From: Pseudomonadota bacterium
Lineage (GTDB): Bacteria > Bdellovibrionota > FAC87 > UBA2466
Length of the DNA: 15,637 bases
Assembly: GCA_043767805.1 (NCBI GenBank)
Contig: JAYUGC010000049.1
Location: 1-15,637 of the forward strand
Reading direction: 5' to 3'
This document shows positions 7,601 to 15,637 of this stretch, in pieces; the stretch's first letter is position 1, and every line of letters begins with the position of its first letter. The notes under the pieces are model-generated. The model worked only from the letters and a program-made list of their open reading frames with translations. It ran no database searches and was not told the DNA's origin. The translations under genes and the position numbers were made by a program.

Positions 7601-7954
7601 ATGTGGCGTGCGGGCTTACTTCTATTTTCTCTCGTGGCGTTTGCTGAGGCTCAGCAACAAGGCGCGAGCCTGTCGATTGGTCCCGGGGGAGTTTCTCTTT
7701 CGGGCGGCGAGCGGGGAGTGAGTTATTCCGCGGAAGACGGAAAAGCGGAGGCGAGCTTTTCTATCACGGGAAGCCCGCCCATGTACCAAGCGCCCGTGCA
7801 AAGCACGAGCCCCTATCTCGTGGTGCCGAACCCGAGTTACTCGCCGCCCCGGCCATCGAGTGCGCTGACCGACTCGGATACTTTCTTCAAAAGCATCGGC
7901 AAAGACTATCCGACGCCGACCGAGTACCGCCACCGGCGCAAAGATGCACAGTGA
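7601..7954 (+). CDS. Small secreted hypothetical protein, Gly/Ser/Pro-rich, 117 aa
   Basis: Signal peptide MWRAGLLLFSLVAFAEA. Co-oriented with its neighbours. Low-complexity mature region. Confidence 0.65.
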   Translation: MWRAGLLLFSLVAFAEAQQQGASLSIGPGGVSLSGGERGVSYSAEDGKAEASFSITGSPPMYQAPVQSTSPYLVVPNPSYSPPRPSSALTDSDTFFKSIGKDYPTPTEYRHRRKDAQ

Positions 7955-8015
7955 CAACACATCTCGTCACACGAAAAGACTTCAAAACTCCTCAGGAAAT
8001 TCCGATTAGAGAGGG

Positions 8016-9155
8016 ATGCCCGTGGCTTCCTCAAAATCTCGGCCGCACGCGATTGATGAGCGTCGCACTCCGATTCTCGTCGCGACGGCGTGCAGACAAG
8101 CTCTCAGTTATATGCCCGAGCTCGACGGCGTCCGCGCCTTCTGTGTTTTGGCCGTCTTCGCCTATCATTCGGCGCCCGGCATTTTCCCCGCCGGCTTTTT
8201 GGGCGTGGATCTCTTTTTCGTACTGAGCGGTTTTCTCATCACGCGCCTTTTGGAAGACGAGTGGCAGCGGACGAGCGGAGTCCGCCTTGGCAACTTCTAT
8301 TTGCGCCGCTGCTTGCGTCTTTATCCGGCTTTGATTTTTTATGCCGTCAGTTGCGTCCTCGCTTCCGCTTTCTCCGCCAAGCCCGATGCTTTCGCTCACA
8401 GTCTGACGGGCGCGTTTTATTCTCTGACGTATTTGAGTAACTGGTCGACCGCCCTCTTCAAAATTCCGCTCGGGCTTCTTTCGCATACCTGGTCGCTCTC
8501 CATCGAAGAGCAGTTCTATCTACTCTGGGCACCCTCTCTTTTACTTTTGATGAAGCGGGTAAAAGGCGCGCGCTGGTGGCCGGTCCTTTTTCTTGGACTT
8601 CTTTCCTGGGGCCTGCGCGCTTGGCTCTTCTCCCAAGGCGTCGATTCGAACCGCATGTACTCCGGCCTCGACACTCGCCTCGACTCCATTTTATTTGGCT
8701 GCGCGGCCGCGCTCTGGCTCAGCGAGAACCCAAACGTGGGAGAGAACCGCAAAAATCTGCGTTGGATCGCCGCGGGAATCCTCGCGGCCTGGTGTCTCAC
8801 CGTGGGATTGCTTCAAGGGGTGTGGGCCGACGGAACCTTCCAGCTCTATGCCTTTGGTCTCACGGCACTCGCTTCGGCCGTCGCGTTTACGGCGCTTGCC
8901 GCGACTTCGGGCACACGAGATTGGCTGAGCTGGGTGCTCACCCATCCGTTCTTGGTCGCGACTGGAAGAATCAGCTACGGCATGTACCTGTGGCATCCGT
9001 TCGCTCAAGACATCACCCCTCGGCTGATTCCCGATCTCAAGCTACGGCTCTACTTTCCGCTGAGCCTCGCGCTCACTTATGCGCTGGCGTACTTCTCCAA
9101 CCGCGTGGTTGAAAGACCCTTCCTACGGCTGAAAGAGAAACTTTCTAACGCTTAA
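8016..9155 (+). CDS. Acyltransferase family 3 (OafA/YrhL-like) integral-membrane O-acyltransferase without an SGNH domain
   Basis: Motifs LDGVRA..V.AV..YH, GFLGVDLFFVLSGFLIT, FYLRRCLRLYP, HTWSLSIEEQFY, GRISYGMYLWH and VERP, with multiple TM segments. The exact start is uncertain. Confidence 0.93.
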   Translation: MPVASSKSRPHAIDERRTPILVATACRQALSYMPELDGVRAFCVLAVFAYHSAPGIFPAGFLGVDLFFVLSGFLITRLLEDEWQRTSGVRLGNFYLRRCLRLYPALIFYAVSCVLASAFSAKPDAFAHSLTGAFYSLTYLSNWSTALFKIPLGLLSHTWSLSIEEQFYLLWAPSLLLLMKRVKGARWWPVLFLGLLSWGLRAWLFSQGVDSNRMYSGLDTRLDSILFGCAAALWLSENPNVGENRKNLRWIAAGILAAWCLTVGLLQGVWADGTFQLYAFGLTALASAVAFTALAATSGTRDWLSWVLTHPFLVATGRISYGMYLWHPFAQDITPRLIPDLKLRLYFPLSLALTYALAYFSNRVVERPFLRLKEKLSNA

Positions 9156-9328
9156 AAGAGGAGTGGACCGAGATGCGAGTGGCTAGGCGCGGCCCGACTC
9201 GCCGGCAATAGCGAGAGCGTTCCAGAGTTTCCAGAGTAAGCCCGGACGGCGGTGTGGTCGACAGACTCGGTGAGCCTCACGTGCCTGGAATTGGTAAACG
9301 TCGCGCAAACGGCTCACGGATAAGCCGG

Positions 9329-10045
9329 CTACTCGCCGAGGTAGGCCTTGCGGACTTCGTCGGAGGCGATGAGCTCTTTCGCGGAGCCCTTGAGCACCAC
9401 GTGGCCGGTCTCGCGGACCACGCCGGAGTGGGCAATCTGGAGCGCCTGAAGCGCGTTCTGCTCGACCAGGAGAATCGTCACGCCCGTCTTGTTGATGGCC
9501 ACGATGGTCTCGAAAATCTTTTCGATGATCTGCGGAGCAAGTCCCAAGGACGGCTCATCGAGGAGCAACATCTCGGGCTGCCCCATGAGCGCGCGCGCGA
9601 TGGCAAGCATCTGCTGTTCGCCGCCTGAGAGCGTGCCGGCCATTTGCTTGCGGCGCTCTTTCAAGCGGGGGAACAAAGTAAAGCCGTGCTCGAGATTCTT
9701 CCCGTACGCCTTTTGATCGGGTGCGGCCCAGGCGCCGAGATCCAAATTCTCTTCCACCGTGAGGTTCAGGAAAATGCCGCGGCCTTCGGGCGCTTGGCAA
9801 AGCCGGTGCGCCACGATTTCGTGCGCCGGCATATTCGAAATGTTTTTCCCGCGGAGCTCGATTTTTCCCGAGCTGACTCTCGCAAGTCCCGAGACCGCAC
9901 GCAGCGTACTGGTCTTACCCGCGCCGTTCGCGCCGATGAGAGTCACGATCTCACCCTTCGGAACGCTGAAGGTAATGTCGTGGAGAGCGTGAATGAGCCC
10001 GTAGTGCACGTTCACTTTGTCGAAATTTAGCATGACGTCACTCAT
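9329..10045 (-). CDS. livF: Branched-chain amino-acid ABC transporter ATP-binding protein LivF
   Basis: Walker A GANGAGKTS, PEGRGIF, signature LSGGEQQM, Walker B LLLDEPSLGLAP, LLVEQN, C-terminal VRKAYLG. Confidence 0.96.
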   Translation of the reverse strand: MSDVMLNFDKVNVHYGLIHALHDITFSVPKGEIVTLIGANGAGKTSTLRAVSGLARVSSGKIELRGKNISNMPAHEIVAHRLCQAPEGRGIFLNLTVEENLDLGAWAAPDQKAYGKNLEHGFTLFPRLKERRKQMAGTLSGGEQQMLAIARALMGQPEMLLLDEPSLGLAPQIIEKIFETIVAINKTGVTILLVEQNALQALQIAHSGVVRETGHVVLKGSAKELIASDEVRKAYLGE

Positions 10046-10833
10046 GGCGGGACCGCCGCCTTACCGAGATAAGCCTCGATGACTTTGGGATTGTGCTGAA
10101 TTTCCTTGGGGGTGCCTTCGGCGATCTTGATGCCGTAATCGAGCACCGCGATGCGCTCGCAGATTCCCATGACGAGCTTCATATCGTGCTCGATGAGCAG
10201 CACTGTCACCTTGAACTGATCGCGTACCGAGCGGATGGTACTCATGAGCGACGCCGTCTCGTGAGCGTTCAAGCCCGCCGCGGGCTCGTCCAGCAAAAGC
10301 ATTTTCGCGCCGGTCGCCAGAGCGCGCGCGATTTCCAAACGGCGCTGATCGCCGTAGGGAAGATTCACCGCGAGGATGTCACGCCGATCGTCGAGATTGA
10401 AGATCTTCAATATAGCCCGGCACTTTTGCTCCTTGTCGGCTTCCGCCGTGAGGCAAGCCTTCGAGCGCAAAATGGACGGCAAGAAACCAAAATGCTTTTC
10501 CTTGGGATCCTGGTCCATAGGAATGAGCAAGTTGGTTAGAACGGAAACTTCCTTGAAGAGACGAATATTCTGGAAGGTGCGCGCGAGCCCGTGGCGAGTG
10601 ATCTGATAAGGCTTCTTGCCAACGGTATTTCCGCCGAGCGCCGTAATGGTTCCGCCCGTGGGCTGATATACGCCCGTCAAAAGATTGAAGACCGTCGTCT
10701 TGCCCGCGCCGTTCGGGCCGATGAGGCCGAAAATGGATCCTTCGGACACTGCGAGATCCAGATCGCAAACGGCCTTTAATCCACCGAACTCAATGGTGAG
10801 CTTTTCGGTTTTCAAAGCGAGGGTAGCGCTCAC
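10042..10833 (-). CDS. livG: Branched-chain amino-acid ABC transporter ATP-binding protein LivG
   Basis: FGGLKAV, GPNGAGKTT, ARTFQNIRLF, LPYGDQRRLEIARALA, LLLDEPAAG, LIEHDM, VIEAYLG. 4-nt overlaps at both ends. Confidence 0.96.
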   Translation of the reverse strand: MSATLALKTEKLTIEFGGLKAVCDLDLAVSEGSIFGLIGPNGAGKTTVFNLLTGVYQPTGGTITALGGNTVGKKPYQITRHGLARTFQNIRLFKEVSVLTNLLIPMDQDPKEKHFGFLPSILRSKACLTAEADKEQKCRAILKIFNLDDRRDILAVNLPYGDQRRLEIARALATGAKMLLLDEPAAGLNAHETASLMSTIRSVRDQFKVTVLLIEHDMKLVMGICERIAVLDYGIKIAEGTPKEIQHNPKVIEAYLGKAAVPP

Positions 10834-11849
10834 GCCTGATCCTCCTTACCGAGTAATTTATTGCGCCACTTCTTGGGCAGGAAATCGCAAAGCTCCCGCG
10901 TGCCGAAAAGCCCGTTGGGTTTCGTCAGCATGAGGATGATGAGCATGAGCGAATAGATCACCATGCGGAAATCCACCTTGGTGATTTCCTGAAGGGGACG
11001 CAAGGCCTCGCGGATGACCGAAAGGAAAATCGCAGCGACCACGGAGCCCGTAATGCTGCCCATTCCGCCGAGCACCACCATGATGACCACTTCGAAGCTG
11101 CGGTTGAAATCGAAAATCGAGGGATTGAGATAGCTCAGGTAATGGGCGAACAAACCGCCCGCGATACCCGCGGTGAAAGCGCCAAGCGTGAAAGCCCGCA
11201 CCTTGCCTTGAGTGGTGTTGACGCCCATGGCGTCGGCCGCGATCTCGTCCTCTCGGATGGCGAGAAGCGACCGGCCGTGAGCCGAGTTCACCAAGCGCCA
11301 AACGGCGAAAACCGAGAGAACCACGCAAGTGTAAACCCAGCCGAAAGTCGCCAGCGACGGAATGCCGGGCATACCGCGCGCGCCGCCCACCGCCTCCGTA
11401 TTGAGAAGCACCACGCGGATGATCTCTCCGAAACCCAACGTCACGATGGCGAGGTAATCGCCTTTCAAGCGCAGAGACGGAAGACCCACGATGTAACCGA
11501 CGAGCGCGGAAGCGGAGCCGCCCGCGAAAAGCGCCGCGAGCAGAAGCAAGTTCGAGCAAATCGTGGAGTCGAGCCATTCCGGATGGGAGATCATCACGGT
11601 AGATGTGATGTAGGCCGACATGTACGCGCCGACCGCCATGAAGCCCGCGTGGCCGATGGAAAACTGTCCCGTGAAACCGTTCACGAGATTTAAGCCCACG
11701 GACAAAATCACGTTCACGCCCGCGTACATCACGATGCTGAAAAGATAGGGATTCAGATGAGGGATGGCGAGAAAGTGTACCAGCCAGACCGCGAGCAGCG
11801 CGGTCAACCAAAGGCGCATTCCCAAGATCCCGGTCTTGCCCGCGGTCAT
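10830..11849 (-). CDS. livM: Branched-chain amino-acid ABC transporter permease LivM
   Basis: GLNLVNGFTGQFSIGHAGF, LRLKGDYLAIVTLGFGEIIR, AIREDEIAA, MVVLGGMGS. Confidence 0.95.
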   Translation of the reverse strand: MTAGKTGILGMRLWLTALLAVWLVHFLAIPHLNPYLFSIVMYAGVNVILSVGLNLVNGFTGQFSIGHAGFMAVGAYMSAYITSTVMISHPEWLDSTICSNLLLLAALFAGGSASALVGYIVGLPSLRLKGDYLAIVTLGFGEIIRVVLLNTEAVGGARGMPGIPSLATFGWVYTCVVLSVFAVWRLVNSAHGRSLLAIREDEIAADAMGVNTTQGKVRAFTLGAFTAGIAGGLFAHYLSYLNPSIFDFNRSFEVVIMVVLGGMGSITGSVVAAIFLSVIREALRPLQEITKVDFRMVIYSLMLIILMLTKPNGLFGTRELCDFLPKKWRNKLLGKEDQA

Positions 11850-12751
11850 ACCTTCTCCGGACGATTGACCCCGAGAAGGCCAGTGGGCTTAAAGAGCAGA
11901 ATCAGAATCAAAATGGAAAAGGCGAGAGCATCTCTGTAAGTCGACGCCCAATAGCCGACGAGAAATTCTTCCGCGAGGCCGAGGGTGAAGGCACCAAGCA
12001 CCGCGCCCGAAACGTTCCCGATTCCGCCGAGTACCGCGGCGACGAAACTCTTTAAGCCGGGCATCACGCCCATGAGCGGCTCGATCTTCGGATACGTGAG
12101 GCCGACGAGCACGCCACCCGCGCCCGCCAGCGCGGAGCCCAGCATGAACGTCGCCGAGATCACGCGGTTCGTGGGAATTCCCATGAGGCTCGCAAGATCG
12201 TGGTTGAAGCTGATGGCTCGCATGGCCCGGCCGAGCCGCGTTCTGAAAATGATGTACTGGAGAATCGCCATTAGGATGAGAGACAGAATGAGCACGATGA
12301 CTTGAAGCGGGTTGATGACCAGGTTCTCGCCAATCGTCCAGAACTCGCCCGCTTCGTAAATCTGCGGGAAGAACTTCGGATCCGCACCGAACAAAATTTG
12401 GCCGGAAAACTCGAGGAAGAGAGACACACCGACCGCGGTGATGAGCAGGTTGATACGAGGGGACTTGCGCAGCCGTCTGTAGGCCAGCCTCTCGATGAGA
12501 TAGCCGACGACTGCGCAAGTCGCCATCGAAATCAGAATCACGATGATGAGCGCCCCCAGGGAAGGCTTCTGATCGAAGCCCAGCCACTTGGAGGAGTACA
12601 TCCCGACGAAAGCCCCCAGCATGTAAACGTCGCCATGGGCGAAGTTAATCAGCTGAAGGATGCCGAAAACCATGGTGTAGCCCAGCGCAATCAACGCATA
12701 CACGCTGCCCAAGGACAGCCCGTTGATGATGTGCTGGATAAACTCTTCCAT
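11846..12751 (-). CDS. livH: Branched-chain amino-acid ABC transporter permease LivH
   Basis: NGLSLGSVYALIALGYTMVFGILQLINFAHG, TRLGRAMRA, FVAAVLGGIG, KPTGLLG. SD GAGGG. Confidence 0.96.
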   Translation of the reverse strand: MEEFIQHIINGLSLGSVYALIALGYTMVFGILQLINFAHGDVYMLGAFVGMYSSKWLGFDQKPSLGALIIVILISMATCAVVGYLIERLAYRRLRKSPRINLLITAVGVSLFLEFSGQILFGADPKFFPQIYEAGEFWTIGENLVINPLQVIVLILSLILMAILQYIIFRTRLGRAMRAISFNHDLASLMGIPTNRVISATFMLGSALAGAGGVLVGLTYPKIEPLMGVMPGLKSFVAAVLGGIGNVSGAVLGAFTLGLAEEFLVGYWASTYRDALAFSILILILLFKPTGLLGVNRPEKV

Positions 12752-12774
12752 GATCCCTCAAGCCACTCTAACAA

Positions 12775-13911
12775 TCAGGTGGGATTGATGGTCGCTTCGT
12801 ATTTGAACGCGCCCTTGCTAACCTTCAGAACTACAGCGGATTTAACAGCATTACGCTTCGAGTCAATACTGATTTTGCCAGTGACCGCGATGTAATCCTT
12901 GGTGTCCTGAATGGCTTGGCGAACGTCTTTGGAAGCCCAGCTTTTCGACCGTTTCATGGCGTCGAAAAGGACCTTCGCGGCGTCGTAACCCATGGCCGAA
13001 AGACCATCGGACTCCACCTTGTACTCAGACAAATACTTCGAGGCGAACTCCTTCACCTGAGGCGAAGCGGCTTCCGCGGAGTAATGGTTCGAGAAGAAGG
13101 AGCCTTCGAGAGCCTTGCCGCCGATTTCGAGAAGCTTCGGCGAGTCCCACCCGTCTCCGCCCATGAGGGGCGCCTTGATGCCGAGCTCACGAGCCTGACG
13201 GCCGATGAGGCCGACTTCCGTGTAGTAGCCGGGAACGAAAAGCGCTTCGGGCTTTTTCGCGCGGATAGCCGTGAGCTGCGATTTGAAATCGACGTCGCTC
13301 GCGCTGTAGCTCAAGTCCGCCACGATCTCTCCGCCGGCCTTTTTGAAAGTTTCCGTGAAGAAGTTGGCGAGACCGACGCTGTAATCGTTTTTCACGTCCC
13401 GCAGGATGGCGACTTTTTTGAACTTCAAAGTTTCCGCCGCGAACTTCGCCATCACCGAGCCCTGGAAGGGATCGAGGAAGCAAACGCGGAAGATGTAATC
13501 GCCGACTTCGGTAACCTTCGGGTTGGTCGAAGAGGGAGAGATCATCGGCACTTTGTATTTTTGCGCGATGGGCGCCATGGCGAGACTGCGCGAGCTCGCG
13601 ACTTCGCCGAGGAGCGCTTGAATCTTGTTCTGGGTAATGAGCTTGGTCGCCGCGGTGGCCGCTTCGTCGGGCTTACCTTGATCGTCCAAGGAGAGGATTT
13701 CCACTTTCCGGCCTTTGATGCCTCCGGCGGCGTTCACTTCCTTAACGGCGAGCATGATGCCGTTGTGGGTGGACGTGCCGAACGTCGCTTCCGAACCGGT
13801 CATCGAGCCTACTTCGCCGATGATGATGGGTCCGGTATCAGCGGCGCGGACAGTGCCGAAAGTAACGAGGGACATCACGAACAAGGCGGTCTTAAAAATC
13901 GAACGGCCCAT
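12775..13911 (-). CDS. livK: Branched-chain amino-acid ABC transporter substrate-binding protein (LivK/LivJ family)
   Basis: Signal peptide ending VRA. AVKEVNAAGGIKG, DDQGKPDEA, STNPKVT, FRVCFLDPFQG, GGDGWD, GYDA, VTGKISID. SD AGGAG. First gene of the liv operon. Ligand specificity not determined. Confidence 0.93.
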   Translation of the reverse strand: MGRSIFKTALFVMSLVTFGTVRAADTGPIIIGEVGSMTGSEATFGTSTHNGIMLAVKEVNAAGGIKGRKVEILSLDDQGKPDEAATAATKLITQNKIQALLGEVASSRSLAMAPIAQKYKVPMISPSSTNPKVTEVGDYIFRVCFLDPFQGSVMAKFAAETLKFKKVAILRDVKNDYSVGLANFFTETFKKAGGEIVADLSYSASDVDFKSQLTAIRAKKPEALFVPGYYTEVGLIGRQARELGIKAPLMGGDGWDSPKLLEIGGKALEGSFFSNHYSAEAASPQVKEFASKYLSEYKVESDGLSAMGYDAAKVLFDAMKRSKSWASKDVRQAIQDTKDYIAVTGKISIDSKRNAVKSAVVLKVSKGAFKYEATINPT

Positions 13912-13949
13912 AAATGGATCTCCTGTTTATTTCCGGAAAGAACTAATAA

Positions 13950-13965
13950 TCCCAACGCGTTGGGA
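13950..13965. promoter_or_regulatory. Perfect 16-bp palindrome TCCCAACGCGTTGGGA, operator candidate
   Basis: Directly visible. It begins 6 nt downstream of the predicted -10 of the liv promoter. Confidence 0.6.
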
Positions 13966-13971
13966 CAAGCC

Positions 13972-14000
13972 ACTATAGGTTTGGCCTACGGACCGGTCAA
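13972..14000 (-). promoter_or_regulatory. Sigma70-type promoter of the liv operon
   Basis: Minus strand TTGACC (14000-13995), 17-bp spacer, TATAGT (13977-13972). Each box matches consensus at 5 of 6 positions. Confidence 0.75.
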
Positions 14001-14110
14001 TTCAAAAGACCCACTCACCGCTCAAGCGAAGCTTGAACGCTGTAATGACGAGGCCCCTCCTCGTTTCCTTCTCCATCCCCGCCAAAAAGCGGGCGGTCCA
14101 GTCCGTTCGA

Positions 14111-14139
14111 TTGAGTCACGCGTCATTTTATGTTACTTT
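14111..14139 (+). promoter_or_regulatory. Putative sigma70 promoter for the divergent secreted protein gene
   Basis: TTGAGT (14111-14116), 17-bp spacer, TACTTT (14134-14139) with extended -10 TG at 14131-14132. Confidence 0.45.
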
Positions 14140-14162
14140 GGCTCATCTTTTTGGGAGGTCCT

Positions 14163-14756
14163 GTGAAGTTTCTTAGTTTTTTCGGTTTTTTCGCTCTCGT
14201 GCTCAGCCCTTTGGCGCTCGGCACGGACTACAGCCTTCGGGGCACGAACGGCAAAGTGCCGGAGCTAATCTACTTCAATAAGAACGGCACCCAGCAGACC
14301 ATCGCCCGCCTGCTCAACTTCGCCTTTCAGACCCAAATCAAGGATCCGGCGCTCAAAAGCCGCTTCAAGGTGGAATCGCTCCTTCGCTTGGGCTGCGAAG
14401 GCATCCGAATCGTTCCGGTCGACGGCGACATGACCCGCCTCCAAGTCATCCTGGTCGGCGAGTTTATGGAAGCGCGGCTGAAGAAGACCATTCCCGCCGC
14501 GGCTTTTCTCGCGGGCATCCCCCAAGGTATCGACTTCGGGCCCTATGAGAAGAAGTACACTGGCATCGGCTCGGGAAGCGGACGGGGATCGTTGACGCTT
14601 CGCTTTAATCCCTTCGCCGATACGGTCACCGTCGAGAGCTTTACGACCGCCATTCGCTTAAAGAGCCTATTTTTCAACGAGTTGGATGGGGCGACCTTGG
14701 GCAAAATGGTCGCTCGCCGCGGCACGGTGCCGGCAAGACCTCTCTACTTCGAGTAG
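14163..14756 (+). CDS. Secreted hypothetical protein, about 197 aa
   Basis: GTG at 14163 follows SD GGAGG. MKFLSFFGFFALVLSPLALG is a signal peptide. No recognised domain. Confidence 0.78.
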   Translation: MKFLSFFGFFALVLSPLALGTDYSLRGTNGKVPELIYFNKNGTQQTIARLLNFAFQTQIKDPALKSRFKVESLLRLGCEGIRIVPVDGDMTRLQVILVGEFMEARLKKTIPAAAFLAGIPQGIDFGPYEKKYTGIGSGSGRGSLTLRFNPFADTVTVESFTTAIRLKSLFFNELDGATLGKMVARRGTVPARPLYFE

Positions 14757-14852
14757 CTCACGCCCTTTAAGCGGCCTTCTTACCTTTTTTCGCGTCCCAC
14801 TCTTTAGGGCGGCGCGGGATATGGGCGCGAGTCCGTCGGGCAGTCATGCGCT

Positions 14853-15637
14853 TCATGGTGCCTTAATTGTACCGCTTTTCAGTAGAGCCCGCTTTTGGGC
14901 GGATTCCCGGACCCAGTCGTAATAGTGCTCGCAGCTCGTGTCGTTCATTAGCCTTTTAGCCTCGGCGACTTCGATAGGAAGCAGATCGCGCTCCGCCCCG
15001 GTGCTGGTGAGAACCACGGCATGAGGGTCGACGCCTTCCTGCTTGGTACCTGTATAGAAAAGAGTGATCTTCGTTCGATCCCAGCGCCCGGGACTTTCGG
15101 CGATCGCGGCGCCGAGCATTTTCCTGGCCGCTTCGAAGTTGGCGAAGGAGTCGTCGGAAAAACCCCACAGATGCAGCTTCGCTTTTCCCGTATTGTCCTG
15201 GTTCACCACTTCGCCGGTGCCTCGCACCTTTTGCTTTTGTATCTCGTCCAGAAAGGCCTTCATGTGATTGGCCTTGCGGGTCGCGGTGTCCTCTTTAGTC
15301 TTGAACTTCGGGTACTCGACGGCGATCAGATTTTTCACGGGGGGAACGAATTTGATGAGGCCTCGCCGCTGCAGCTCTTTCAAAGCGGCGTGCATCTTCC
15401 AGGGGCTGTGACCGCGGGCGGTGATGATATTCACGTGCCGGACGGTGTCCCGCCGGCTGCACGCCTCGACGAAAGCGTCCCAGCTGGGGCCTTTCCACTT
15501 CGAGGGATCGTCCGCCATGGCCTCGATTATCTGATCGAGAAAGTTATTTTTGCCGCGGGTATCCCGGAAATAGCGATAGGACTGTGTCGGCCCATCCCGC
15601 TTCTCGTAGTTTTCCCAGGGGGTGTCTTTCTTGCCGA
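14853..15637 (-). CDS. HAD-superfamily-like hydrolase, 5' end outside the window
   Basis: The frame stays open past 15518 to the window edge (GKKDTPWENYEKRDGPTQSYRYFRDTRGKNNFLDQIIEA precedes MADD). IITARGH is motif II-like, TRKA motif III-like and WGFSDD..N motif IV-like. Motif I (DxD) is not visible. Confidence 0.7.
   Translation of the reverse strand, partial: GKKDTPWENYEKRDGPTQSYRYFRDTRGKNNFLDQIIEAMADDPSKWKGPSWDAFVEACSRRDTVRHVNIITARGHSPWKMHAALKELQRRGLIKFVPPVKNLIAVEYPKFKTKEDTATRKANHMKAFLDEIQKQKVRGTGEVVNQDNTGKAKLHLWGFSDDSFANFEAARKMLGAAIAESPGRWDRTKITLFYTGTKQEGVDPHAVVLTSTGAERDLLPIEVAEAKRLMNDTSCEHYYDWVRESAQKRALLKSGTIKAP

Noticed and set aside
7951..8226. 91-aa GTG ORF overlapping the stop of the 7601 gene
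   Set aside because: Mostly overlaps the acyltransferase in another frame and has no protein-like features.
9305..9335. CCGGCTTAT on the minus strand, resembling the 3' P4 strand of RNase P RNA
   Set aside because: No GAGGAAAGUCC partner, and upstream on that strand is livF coding sequence.
13995..14098. GGTC-AATTCAAAA-GACC stem with TCA in the loop plus neighbouring stems, superficially tRNA-Sec-like
   Set aside because: No acceptor stem, T-loop or CCA end in the right geometry.
12916..14166. 416-aa plus-strand ORF and other long ORFs antisense or off-frame to the liv, HD and acyltransferase genes
   Set aside because: Shadow ORFs expected from GC-rich codon bias. They show no motifs and overlap well-supported genes.
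14757..14852. GC-rich stems between convergent genes as a terminator
   Set aside because: The T-run lies 5' of the stem on the plus strand and there is no U-tract on the correct side for either strand.
1..15637. CRISPR array, IS element, prophage or known defence system
   Set aside because: No regularly spaced repeats, terminal inverted repeats, or transposase, integrase or phage genes seen. The HD protein has no helicase motifs or cas neighbours, so it is not Cas3.

Overview
A GC-rich bacterial chromosomal window with no rRNA, tRNA, CRISPR array, transposase or integrase that I can recognise. The right third holds a complete minus-strand branched-chain amino-acid ABC transporter operon (livK/J-H-M-G-F). 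It has a clean sigma70-like promoter and a perfect 16-bp palindrome at the predicted start site. The rest is a mosaic of short units: an exported CxxCH protein coupled to an ADP-ribose pyrophosphatase-type Nudix gene, a DUF1232-like membrane protein, an Ig-like lipoprotein, a zinc-ribbon protein, a signal-peptide-bearing HD-domain protein, a DEDDh exonuclease coupled to a membrane protein, a MutT-like Nudix, an acyltransferase-3, several secreted hypotheticals and a truncated HAD-like gene at the right edge. The many exported orphan proteins are reminiscent of Bdellovibrionota-like genomes, but that is inference only. Best leads: the apparently secreted HD phosphohydrolase with a hairpin over its ribosome-binding site, the exported CxxCH protein, a frameshifted lipoprotein gene missed by the ORF track (6317-6534), the stem-loops next to it, and the liv operator-like palindrome. 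I do not see firm evidence for one coherent novel multi-gene system.
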